NCBI GenBank assembly: GCA_051294375.1
Contig: CM119269.1
Coordinates: forward strand, 17,284,265 to 17,348,264
Direction of reading: 5' to 3'
From: Paraspadella gotoi
Lineage: Eukaryota > Animalia > Chaetognatha
Length of the DNA stretch: 64,000 bases
This document shows positions 14,029-26,400 of the stretch, one piece after another (the stretch's first letter is position 1; each line of letters starts with the position of its first letter). The notes under the pieces were generated by a model, which was given only the letters and a program-made list of their open reading frames with translations, searched no databases and was not told where the DNA came from. The translations under genes were made by a program, and so were the position numbers.

Positions 14029-14542
14029 ATAATGTTTTTTATTATTATCATTATTATTATTATCGCTAATTCCGTTCAGCGTTCAATCCTGCAGTTTTAC
14101 ACAGTCTTTTAATCTTATCACGGTATGGCCTACTGAGCTGTAAGGCAATACAACATTTAACTTTGAAATTTTTTCGTACATCTATACATTCTGCGGTTTT
14201 TTTTGGGTTTTTTTCGACATGTTGACCTCATTTACCGTTATAAAGGTTCTTCTAGTTACTTATCCTTTGTCATGTTTTTAAAAAATGTATTTCATTACGA
14301 ATCAGTAATCCTATGCTGTTTGGATCAAATAAGCTTATTCTGTGATTTGTTTGTCTTTCATGTAAAACGCCTTCTATCTTCGTTAATTTATTCTCTATAA
14401 TAGAAAAGATAATGATTTCATAAAAACTCTCAACAAATATCTCTGCTCTTCCTAGTCTTTTCCTTCCCCTCCCCCGTGCGCCATCGCGATGGTCCGCGAA
14501 TGACACCGCCCTCCCGCGAAGGAGAGAGGCGCATATAATAAC

Positions 14543-15010
14543 ATGTCGGCCCCGACAGAGGCCAGCAAACGAAGACTTCAAAAGGAACTCCTCAATCTTT
14601 CCAAGAACCCTCCTCCCGGCATCTCCATCGACGTCGACGCCGCCTCCAAGAATCTCGCCGAATGGACGGTCAATCTGGTCGGTGCTGAAACCACCCTCTA
14701 TGACGGGGAAGCCTTCAAGCTCTCTTTCAAGTTCCCCGAGCGCTACCCGTTCGACTCACCCATCGTGCTTTTCGTCGGCACCAACGTCCCCGTCCACCCC
14801 CATGTCTACAGCAACGGTCACATCTGCCTCTCCATCCTTACAGACGACTGGTCGCCTGCGCTGTCGGTGGAGGCCATCTGCCTCTCCATCATCTCTATGC
14901 TTTCATCGTGCAAGGAGAAGAAGCGTCCGCCCGACGATTCATTCTACGTCAAGACTTGCAACAAGAATCCGAAAAAGACCAAGTGGTGGTATCACGACGA
15001 CTCGGTCTGA
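14543..15010 (+). CDS. UBE2W: Ubiquitin-conjugating enzyme E2 W (intronless)
   Basis: 155 aa single ORF: RRLQKEL, YPFDSP, HPHVYSNGHICLSILTDDWSPALSV, KNPKKTKWWYHDDSV C-terminus typical of UBE2W. Confidence 0.97.
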   Translation: MSAPTEASKRRLQKELLNLSKNPPPGISIDVDAASKNLAEWTVNLVGAETTLYDGEAFKLSFKFPERYPFDSPIVLFVGTNVPVHPHVYSNGHICLSILTDDWSPALSVEAICLSIISMLSSCKEKKRPPDDSFYVKTCNKNPKKTKWWYHDDSV

Positions 15011-15700
15011 TAGAAAGAGAAAAAGATAGAAAGAGAGAAATAGAAAGAGCGAGAGAAAATTCATCACGCTTTGATTGGCCTTCGTCGCGCTCTCCACCTC
15101 TGTGATTTCCTTTTCTTGCACGATTAAGTTCTCTGTCTAGTTCGTTGGAGATACAATCTTTTGAAAGATTAAAATAGTTCGGTGCTCCAGTATTGAATAT
15201 TTAATTATTCTCAATGAGAATACTGAAATGTTGAAAGAGTGGACGATTTGTAATTTTTTACGTGATAATTTTGGTAGCTGATACTTCCTGGACGTTTTTT
15301 TTACTTTATTTTAGCAATTATGAATGTCGCTGGCTCAATTTTTAGCCTTTAAGATTTTTGTTCATATAAATAGAATTTTAAGATGAAATTATTACCAAAA
15401 AGAATTACAAGTCTGTCACAAGAACCCATAGTTTATAGGACATCTAGACTGAGTCTTTACCCCGTTTACTTATTGCCCCCGCCTCAAAAAAAATCCTTTT
15501 CAATCAATACCCGATGTATTTTGCTTTTGTCTGTAAAAAGTCGATGATGTATGATTTTTTTAAGACGAAAATAAAAAGTATTTGTATGGCGCCGTGATCA
15601 TTTAAGAAAGCATTGGCGTTGAAATCGTGAACTTAACTCGAGTTTCTGTACCCAAAACGAGGAAAAAAGCATCGTCCCTTTGTCGCGGTGACAACGAACG

Positions 15701-18700
15701 ATGTCTGAAATCGAAGCGAGCGGTGGGGAAGAGTCTACGACGACGATGAAGGTCATTCTCAAGACGCCTAAGGAGAAGCGGACCGTGGAAGTCACCACCA
15801 CCGCCTCCGTCAAAGAGTTCCGCGACAAAGTCGCTGAAGCCTTCGAGTGTCCGGACGTACAGGCCGTTTGCCTCATATTCGCCGGGAAGATTTTAAAAGT
15901 GAGATTTCATCTTTCCGTAACAGTTTCCGCTTAAACGGTATTTCAAATTGATTTTCTCTTCGGAATGAATTTTCTTAATGTCAATCTTTCCTCCCTTGGT
16001 TTAAATAAGGATACCGATACCTTAGAAAGTCACAATATCAAAGACGGCATGACCGTACATTTGGTCATCAAGCAATCTAAGTCATCCTCCAACCCGGCCT
16101 CACCCGCCTCCATTGCCCCCGCCTCGCCAGGTGACTGAAGGAAGTGAATTAATCAAATGCTCAAATCTCATGTCAAACCCCTCTCTCTTAGACTCGCCGT
16201 CGCAGGGAGCGGGGGGCCCTACTTCTCCGGGATCGACGACGACCACCGGAGCTCCTTCTCCGGGCGCGCCCGCCTCCTCCACCGCAACCGATAGTAACCC
16301 CTTCGGGCCTCTTGGACTTTCGGGTGCAAATCCCTTCGGTACACTGGGTGCCCTCGGCAGCCTGAGCGGAGTGACATCGGCGGCGACGCCCGGCGGCAGC
16401 TTGAACTTGCAGGATATGCAGAGGAACATGATGAGGGAGATCGGATCAAATCCCGACACCGTCAGGCAGATTCTCGACAATCCCATGGTGCAGCAGCTCA
16501 TGCAGAATCCCGAGGTTAGACTCCTGAGATTTTGTAATATTGTTTTTTGAAACTTACAGATTATTATTCATGTGATTTTTTCAATGTTTCAGTATAACGT
16601 ATAGTTTCGGATTTTGTTGTTCTCAGGTGATGCAATCTTTAATGATGGCGAATCCCCAAATGCGAGAGTTGATGGAGCGAAACCCGGAGATCACCCACAT
16701 GCTGAACAATCCAGAGTTGATGCGGCAGACGATGGAGATGGCGAGGAATCCCGCCATGCTACAGGTTGGGATGAAATTATTTTATACTAATTGCGTACCG
16801 GTTTTCCTTTATGGTTGTGAAGTAAAAACTGTTTCCGTACGTCACATGAACAGACTTAATGTGGCTCTTAATGATGCCGTCCGAAAGATCTTTGGATATA
16901 ATCGATGGGAAAGCGTGAGCGAACTTAAGGAGTATGTTTGGATACCAAGACCTATCTACAATTTTTAATAATCGTAGGAAAACCTTTATCTCAAAGATTT
17001 ATACAATGAAAAATACTCAACAATTTATTGGCAATGATGAAAAAATCACAAGTTTTAAAGTTTTTTAGAGAATCTTAATAGTATTTTGGCGTTGAAAAAA
17101 TACGTTTGGTATAGTAATATTATCGTTTTTGAATTTTTTCCGGTCCCTGTTCGTTCCGCCTAGGAAATGATGCGGAACCAAGATCGAGCTTTGAGCAATC
17201 TGGAGTCCATGCCGGGCGGTTTTAACGCTCTCCGTCGCCTCTACACCGACGTGCAAGAGCCGATGATGAACGCCGCCCAGGAGGGATTCGGCGCCCCCAA
17301 TCCCTTCGCCAGCCTGGCCGGGTCGACGCCTTCGACGACGCCGTCGACAACCAACACCGAAAACACACAGCCACTTCCCAACCCATGGGCTGCGGGCGGA
17401 GGAGGCGCCACTACGAATACCACGTCCAGCGGAAGGCCCGCTGCAGGAGGGGTAAGGTTGCATGTAGGACCCACATTGTGGGTAAGGGGTGAACTTAGGT
17501 AATATTTTGCCTGATTAACTGAGCAAAGTGTTACTGAAATTGCTTGGGTAAAGAAATGATTTTTCTTAATTAAGTTAGGCAATTTCTGAATCAAAATATT
17601 TTGCTTATATTTATTTTAAAGATAAATAAAACAATATATTTTCTTTTATTGTTTTAATTTCGTTATTAACTATATTTTAAATTTGTTATTACTATATTTT
17701 AAGCCCAAAAATACTTTTCCCAGATGGCATGAAATATGAGTATCAGCATTAAGTATGTAAACTACTTGGCTACTACCAGACCCAAAACCAATAAAATTAT
17801 TAAAGATAAAAAAATTAAATAAAAAAATTAACAGATAATAAAGAAATTAGTAATAACAATAAGGATGCATACATTTAAAAAGATTTGCAATGTAACATAT
17901 TCAGTTGTATCCTAATATGATTGACAAGATTAAAACCTTGATCAAAGATGATGTAAAAATGTACACAAGACTCAAGTCGCCCAAAAATGTTTTGTATCTT
18001 ATTTAGAATGTTAAAGCTCATTAGAATCCTTTGCAGAATATGATATGGATTACTCTATACCTCCTTAGCTGATTATATTAAAAAATTCGAGCTCGATATG
18101 GAAAGTAAATATCCAATACATATGATTTTCAAATAAATTTTTTTTTTTTAAATTATCTTTCTATTTTTTCATCATTAACAAAGATTTTAACTCAAAGTAA
18201 AAAATGACATTCTTGAACATACTGAAAAATGTTTATCTTAATTAAAAACAACTATATAATAGACTCCAACCCCTGACAACAAATACCAAACACCAAACAT
18301 ATTTTAGCTATTTATTTTTTTTATAAAATTATTTTATCTTTCATTAAAAATATTTGGGCTAAAACTAATTGAATTTCAATTAAAGTTTTATATTTGATAA
18401 AGATTTTGTTTAAAAATTACTACCAAAAAATATCCTATTTTGTTATTTTTTTAATTTTATATGAAAATTTACAAAATTATTTGTTTCACTATCTTATATT
18501 TTAATATTTTATAAATGTTTTACTATTTAAACTATATTATTTAATTATATATATATTACTTTTTAAAAATATTATTTGCTTATTATATCTAATAACTCAT
18601 TTTGGGAGGGGGAGGTCAGTGTTGTCTTCTGGAAATAGAGGGAGCATCTATACAACACAAGGTTAGACTACAATAGAATACAATTAGATTACAATATTTA

Positions 18701-19551
18701 ATTTAATATCATTTGGCTTCAAATTATTAAAGATAACCTTTCCCTTTTAAATCTTAGCAAATTAGATCATAAGTTTATCAGTTATATCTTAGTTTTAAAG
18801 ATCCTTTCCTCAATTAAAAATTGTCTATTACTTATTTAAGAAAAAATATTTGCCTAAGTTCATCCCTTAATTGTGGGTTAACTTCGGATCCGAATATTTG
18901 TTCTTGTAATATTTTCTTTTTCTTTTTTAGAACTTGCCAACTAACATGAATTTTAATTCGCCGGGGATGCAATCACTGATGTCGCAAATCGTCTCTAACC
19001 CCACGATGCTACAGAACATGATGAATGCTCCGTACACCCAAGCGATGATGCAGTCTATGGCGGCCAATCCCGAACTCGCTCGGAATATCCTTCAACAGAA
19101 CCCACTTTACGCTGCCAACCCTCAATTGGGCAACCAAATCTCACAGGTCACTGAAATGGAAATTTATTTTATTATTTGGGTTTTTATCGTCGCAATCGCT
19201 TAGCTTAGCTTATCGCTTTTGCGCATAAGTGGCGTCGTCGTTGTCTTCGTCGGCGTTCCAAATTATAGATCGCCTTTTTTATGATTAAATTTGGGTGTAT
19301 GAAGCTGAAAATTTATATTTTGTTTACGTTTTATGAAAAGAAATTTTCTCTCTTTTATTTTTATATTTCTTTCTCTCTCTCTTTTTTTCTTTTAATTACA
19401 TGTCTCTCTCCCTCTCTCTTTTCCCTAGTCACTGATTCATAGCGACTATGACATAGGGAAAAAAATCGAGTCTGCAGCTGGCTCTGCAGGGGCTTATTCT
19501 TTTTCTCTCTTTTCTCCTGCTGCTTCTGCTGCTGCCTTTTGATTTCTTTCT

Positions 19552-19588
<37 letters not shown>

Positions 19589-20760
19589 GCGTTTTTATTA
19601 AATAAAAAATTGAATTAGGATTGAACTCGTAAAATTAAGCATCGCATTCGTGCATGTTATCATTTTGCTATCGCAACATCGGGATTTTTTTTTCTCAGGG
19701 GCCGCGTCTGCTGATTAGTTTATTTTTTGACAATGAATTTTTTTTTTTCAGAAACTGTAACTTGAATTTTCCTTGGTATTTTATTTTTTTTTTTTAATTG
19801 ACAATCGCAAAATAGAATTTTTATTTCTGTTTAAAAATTAATTTTCTTTTCTCAAATTTTATTTTTTTTAGTATCAAAATTTGTCGAGAATCCAGATTTT
19901 TCTTATGCGATTGCGACGATCCTTATGCTTTTAAGATTTTTTTGGTATCAGTCGGTTTGGCTCACGAGTTAGCATCTTTTAAATTTCTGCTGCAGCAATA
20001 TAACTTTATTTATGAAAAGTCAAGTTAGTTAAATATTTAATGCCCAAACGCAATTATAAAATATTAGTACACAATTTTTTATTTATTATTATTATTTGTA
20101 AGTGTTCCGAATTACCCTATTGTATTGCCCAGATGATGCCGCAAATGATGTCCCAACTTCAAAACCCGGCCGTTCAGAATATGATGTCGAACCCACGGGC
20201 TATGCAGGCCATCCTTCAGATCCAGCAAGGATTGTCCACGTTGCAATCGGAGGCCCCGGGCGTGCTGCCGACTCTTGGCGTTCCAGGCGCATCTCAACCG
20301 CCACCTGGCGGGTTGCGATCCAATCCCCCGTCCGCGACCCAGACGACGACCTCATCGGCGACTACGACGACCACCACCTCCTCCTCCGCGGAAAGCGGTG
20401 GGAGCGGAGCCCGCGTCCCTGGAACAGGAGGCGGGATTGACCAGTTGTCGCCTCTTATGCAGAACCTAATGACGATGATGCAGCAAGGGACGCACAACCA
20501 AGCGCCCGAGCAAAGGTGCTTTCGCTAACGCTAACGTTTTTTTTTCATAATTCATCCAAAAAAAGCATCGATTGTATTTGTACTTATTTTCCTTTTTTAC
20601 CTCCTTAACACTTAGATATTCGAACGAGATGGAACAGTTGGTCGCCATGGGATTCGTGAATCGAGAAGCGAACCTTCAAGCGCTGATCGCCACCTTCGGG
20701 GATGTCAACGCCGCCATCGAACGTCTCTTGAATCAATCCGGCAGCCAACAACTCGGTTGA
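15701..20760 (+). CDS. UBQLN: Ubiquilin (UBL, STI1 repeats, UBA)
   Basis: Exons 15701-15898, 16010-16130, 16192-16514, 16627-16764, 17164-17451, 18931-19146, 20133-20515, 20616-20760. [97 protein letters not shown]. Confidence 0.96.
16770..17030 (+). mobile_element. 5'-truncated non-LTR retrotransposon fragment (post-RT/thumb region)
   Basis: Intronic frame [16 protein letters not shown]...[21 protein letters not shown] matches the typical 'P.L.Y.CE ... RKI.G...W' C-terminal RT region of LINEs. Confidence 0.7.
19186..19935 (+). mobile_element. Helentron-associated (HINE/DINE-1-like) non-autonomous element, family 1
   Basis: Subterminal inverted repeats ATCGTCGCAATCGC (19186) and GCGATTGCGACGAT (19907-19920), 3' mini-hairpin CTTATGCTTTTAAG, (GTC)n microsatellite, T-rich flanks. 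Related copies at 38315 and 43581-45095. Confidence 0.7.
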
Positions 20761-21996
20761 TTCGGATTTTAACGACAATTGCAGATTCTTCGGGATGTAA
20801 AAAAAAATCGTCTGGAAGGTGAACAGTTATCGCTCGCACCGAATTGAAAAAGAAAATTTATAATTATGTTTAAAATTTGGATTCTCAACGAAATATTTAG
20901 TCACGAAATAGCGTTTAGTTTTGAATCAGATCGTCACGCATCAATTGGGATCAAAGCATTTTGCTTAAACAGTCACCCCACCTTTTGCAGATTAACCAAA
21001 CGCAGAGTTGTTAATATTTTTCAATTTACTGAGTTTTAAATAATTGGGATTATTTGATGTTAAATTTGCTTAAGTAATAATCAAAATTATGAAATAAAGG
21101 TAGTTTAATTAGTATTTTGGTCATAAATCTATTAGCTTTACGTTTCTTTTTATATGGAGTTTTCAATATCTATAAATCTGTTTGAAGGTGGTAAGTTTAT
21201 TTCTCAGCTATTTTTATTTTTCAGAAATGATTGTCGTTGGTCATAGACTCCATCATTTATTAATTTTAGAAAAATCGCTGCGTTGGTGAATTTTTAAGGG
21301 ACTTATAAATAATAGAAATAGTGATAATTAAATCATTCATTGCGTGGGAATTAAATTATTATTAAAAGGGTAATTTATTTTAAGATGGTTTGTCTCGTTG
21401 AAACCGTCGTTTGTGATTTACCTTACCTTTTTTAGTGTTTGAATAATATTTCTTTAACCGCTCACGCTTATGATGGAAAAAAAAACTTTCTGGCTGCAAT
21501 AGACGTATCTTTAGATTTATTTGAAGCAAAATATACCAGTTTCCTAGTTTACTTTACCAAATTTTACTGGGAAAAACTGGGAACCTTTTTCCTTTACTCC
21601 TATTTAAAATGCTTAGTATTTTCTCTTACGCTTCCAGTGGTTTTTGGTTTTTTTGTTTTTTTTTTAAATAAAAGTGTCAAATTTATGATAAAAATCCAGG
21701 CTTTTTCATGTTTTGTTAGCTTGAAAACGTGTTACAAAGTAAGTTTATTAGCCTTTCCGTACCATCTCCCGTCTCCCTTCCCCATTTTAAAGTATCTTTA
21801 CGGTTTCAAGATATTCTCTCTTTCAGAACTGAATTCATTCTTTGTAAAACGGTGTCCATGAAATAATTACTTTTCATTTTCGTTTTCTCGAGTCAAAACT
21901 ACAAAATAATTTTACCACGCTTTTTTCTTCTTCGAGGGATGCGACTAGATTTTCGTTTTGGACGTTCGTAAAGAATTAGTTTCGTTCTTGGCAAAG

Positions 21997-22988
21997 ATGC
22001 TCTATCTCGTGGGCCTCGGACTAGGCGACGAGAAAGACATCACCATCAAAGGACTAGAAATCGTGCAAAAGTGCTCCCGAGTTTATCTCGAACATTATAC
22101 GTCAGTGCTCACTGTCGGAAAAGAGTCGTTAGAAAAGTAGGTCTGGCGTTTGTTTTTGAATTTTGAAAACGAAAAGCGTTATTAGAACTCGCTTCATCAC
22201 GAGATTTCACTGGTCTCGTCCTTCTTTATCGACTTCTTTAATCTTAAAGGTTTTACGGCCGTGAGGTTCTCCTCGCAGACCGCGACATGGTGGAACAGGG
22301 TTCCGACTCAATCCTTGACCAGGCGCGCGACGTGGACGTGGCGTTTCTGGTGGTGGGCGACCCCTTTGGTGCTACTACCCATTCCGACCTCGTCCTCCGC
22401 GCCCGCGACTTGGGCGTCCCCGTCGCCGTCGTGCACAACGCTTCCATTCTTAACGCCGTCGGATGCTGCGGCCTCCAACTTTACTCCTTCGGCGAGACGG
22501 TCTCCGTCGTCTTCTGGACAGAAGACTGGCGCCCGGAGAGTTTCTTTGACAAGATCGTGTCTAACCGTCGCCGCGGATATCATACACTGTGCTTACTTGA
22601 CATCAAAGTCAAAGAGCGAACCGTTGAAAATTTGATGAGAGGCAGGGAGATCTACGAACCCCCTAGGTTTATGACAACGAGGCAAGCGGCCGAACAATTT
22701 TTAAAGATTGTAAGGAGTCGACGGGAGCGGGAAACGGACAAAGCCATCCTCGAGGAAGATACGATTTGCGTTGGATTGGCGAGGATTGGTTGGGGAGACC
22801 AGAGGATCATCGTCGATACGTTGGAAGGGCTGGCGAGCGAAGCCGCGGAGGAGGCCCTCGGACCGCCCCTCCACTCTTTGATCGTCCCTGCAGAGACGTT
22901 ACATCCACTTGAGCTCAATTCGTTGAAGTCTTACGCTTTGGACGAAGAAAAGTTCGATCGTCTGACGAAACACCTGCGTTATAAATAA
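21997..22988 (+). CDS. DPH5: Diphthine methyl ester synthase
   Basis: Exons 21997-22136 and 22250-22988; [83 protein letters not shown]. Confidence 0.98.
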
Positions 22989-23454
22989 CTGTTTTTGAAA
23001 TTTAGTATTTTTAAATGATTTTACTTTAACGTTTTTGTTATATTTTTAGATAACTGGCGTTTTGAGTCTTTTTAAAAAGTTTATATTGGGGAAAGCATAA
23101 AACTCGAAAACAATGTGACAGGACTTTTCACCTCCCCCGTTACCCCTCTTCTAAAACGAGAAGGCAGAAAAAACCGACCTTATTTGTTGATACATTTGTC
23201 AATTTTTTTTCCCCCATCATTGGAGAGAATTCGGAGTTCGAATCGCGTCTGGCGTCATAATCTTTTATTTTTTCTCTCCGTCGGATCTCGCCAATTCCAC
23301 CTTAGATGCTCCCGTCAACGACTTTCGCGCAGCCCGCGTTTCCAGCGAGTCCACCCCCCGACTTAGTTGCGTCGTCATTGCGCCTCCTCTCCTTCCTGAC
23401 CCGGTCTCCGCCGACGCCGCCGCCTCGAACGACAGGCGTGGCATTGTCGACTCG

Positions 23455-26400
23455 ATGAGTGAAGCGGAGGATCAGTTCGGAGGCCGACGCGCGGTGTTGA
23501 AAGAGTCCGACGCCGTGTCCAAGGCGTCGTCGAACTTGGCCGCTGGCAAGGCGCCCACCCACGTCAATCACAAAGACGGTCCTGTTCTCGAGGATTCGTC
23601 AGACGGACAAGAGAATACGTTGAAGAGGTAAAAAGCCTTGGAATGCCAAAACAATGGGATTTATTCCGTAAAATTGTGATTGATTTATATTTTCAAGAGT
23701 ATTTGAATAGGGGAATATTAGGGAAATATTTTTTTTTACTACTTTTTATCTCTATAGTTGGTGACTTACACCAAGACGCCGACTTATCTTGACTTTCCCC
23801 TCCCAGTTCTTCAACGTCGGACGACCCAGACGTAACGCCACAGCCCTCGCCGTCTCCCGTTCGTCGCTCAAGCCCCGGCGTGACCGGAACGGGGACAGAG
23901 GGTTTTGAAGAAGGGTGTCGACTCTCTCTAGAGTCCTTGGACGCGACGCTTAAAGAGTTCGAAACGGATTCGTCCCCTGCTGATCCGGTCGTCGACGACC
24001 GCTGCCCGACCGTCGTCGAGGATAGTGAGGCTACCACCGTCATCGAAGGTTGGTAAACGGTCGATGTCGTCATCAGTTAGATCCTGGAAAATCCCCTTTA
24101 TTTAATGATTTTCTTCAGCCGCGTTTTCCCCCTTGGATTCGGAAGATCCCATCGCTCTGGTCGACGACGACGACGAGTTGGACGTCGTCCTCGACAGCGC
24201 TTTTTACAACCTCTCTACGTCTGCTTCCTCCTCTACAGCTTCCTCCTCTCGTGATCTCCCGTCCGACCGAGCCCGCAACGACGACGACGAAGACGAAGAA
24301 GACGACGATGACGACGACGAAGACGAAGACCAAGCGCCGCTGACCATCGAGGAGCAAAACTTTTTGGCGGCCTTCGACGCTTCTCCGGCGGGGACGTTGG
24401 CGCTCAAGTACGCCACCTCGCACCCCATCGCCCTCATCAACTCCACCTCCGCCTCGCTCACCGTCTCCTCACTCAACAGCGGGCAGCACAATAACGCCAG
24501 CCATCAAAAGAACGGTTGCTCCTCCTTGCCTGGGCCGGCGTCGTCCGCGGCATCCACTGGCGTCGTTTTTGCCTCCGCCCGCAACGCCAATAACACGAAC
24601 AACAATAACAACAACAACGCCGCAAACTCCTCCTCGAACGTGACCATGACTATCCTCACTCTGCCGGCGCAGCCGAGCGCCGCGGCCCCGCAAGGGCCCG
24701 TCGGCGGCGGTGGTGCCGCACCGATTTCGCCCACTTCGTCTTTGCCTCCGAACGTTTCGTTAGGAACTCCACAAGGCTCGGCCATCGCCGTTCTTACGTG
24801 CCGGCCCAACTCTCATCCTTTTCAAGTAGGTTTATATTGTGTTAATTCCTTTTTTTCGTTGTGTAGTAAAGTTAGAGAAAAGTTTGAAATTTTAATTTCA
24901 ACAAAGAATTTATTTCAAAAGAGAAACTTACATATTTCCGAAATAATTTCGGCTTTTGTTCAAGCCTTCATCAGCCTTCATCGTAAGTTTCTCTTTTGAA
25001 ATAACTTCGTTGTTGAAATAAAAATTTTAAACTTTTCTCTAATTAGGTTTAATAAATTAAAGATTTTTACATAATACATATTTAAATTCCTTAAATCAGA
25101 CCTCACTAGTAAAATACTTGAAATATTACTCATATGGTTGTGCCGGGATTGTTGAACCGTCATTTTTAGCTATTTAAATGTATTTTTACTTATGGGGTCT
25201 TGCCGAGCTACGTATATGCATTATGCACTTTCTTTCTCTCATTCTCTCTTCCACGACATAGGAAAGGCGCATTCCACTGACAGCAGAGCCGATAAAAATC
25301 GGACGATCGGTGGCCAAAGCACGTCCGCTTAATAACAACGGCATCTTCGACTGCAAAGTGCTGAGCCGGAACCACGCTAAACTCTGGTTCGAAAACGGAG
25401 CTTTTTATCTTCAGGTAAACATGATTTGTGGAAGTCAAATGCCTCCTATTTGTTCGTCGTGCTAAACAAACAGCCAGTTTATCCCGTTTTTCTCCTCTCA
25501 TGTATAGGATACCAAGAGCAGCAACGGAACTTTCGTGAACAATCAGAGATTGAGCAAAGGGTCAGAGGAGAGTCTTCCAAGGGAGATTTGTTCGGGGGAC
25601 ATCATTCAGTTCGGCGTGGACGTGATGGAAAAGACGCGGCGCGGGACCGTAACCCACGGGTGCATCGTCGCCTGCGTCCGACTCTACCTCCCCGACGGCG
25701 CCGAGGCCAAATCGCGAGTGACCATGCCCCCGATCCAGACTCCCCCGACTGACTCCCTCTCCAGCCAGCCGATGCAAATGCAGCCGCCGACGGTCGTCAC
25801 GGCCAATGAACTTTTCCAGATCAAGCATTTCCTTGTGGAGGCTCTTCACCGGGAGCAGATGCTCGAAACGAAATTGGCCACCCTTCAAAATCTAGTCACG
25901 ACGTCCATGGAAGAAAGCGACAAAGGTAAGGACTACGTCATTTATAAATTAATTTTATAAATAAATAAGATGAAATCATTCACACTGGATAAAATAAAAA
26001 AGGCTAACGATTTTGTCATTTGCTTTCTTGATTTAATTGAATTAGGCGGTTTTGGTTTTTTTACAAAGAAATTGAAATTACAAAGAAAATGAAATGTTGT
26101 CAAGAAATAATGTCTCGAGTAGCCCATGTATTTTTTTTTTTGTTTTGACAAAAAAATGTAAGCCAGGTTTCCATTTCATGTCAAGACAGAGACAATCAAT
26201 GAATTGTTAGGGAAGTGGCGTAAAATGTTGATCTGGAAATAATCCTCGCCTCCGATGCAAACTTGAATTCACGGTCAAAACTAACTAAAGGCGAGAAAAC
26301 TATTGTATTGGTTTCGTGGCTCAATTAGGTTGACCCACTTAACGGTCAAGTGGTTGATTCGTGATTGACACAATTTGTTCGTTGTTGTCGTCGTCGTCGT

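Noticed and set aside
17925-17980. DDVKMY resembling an RT 'ADD.K.Y' motif
   Set aside because: Too short and degenerate to call.
21439-21861. 140-aa hydrophobic ORF (similar ones at 29623, 36839, 63595)
   Set aside because: AT-rich, F/L/K-biased intergenic or intronic ORFs with no recognisable motifs.
23758-23806. In-frame TGA suggesting readthrough or selenocysteine in SLMAP
   Set aside because: Disappears when the acceptor at 23805-23806 is used.
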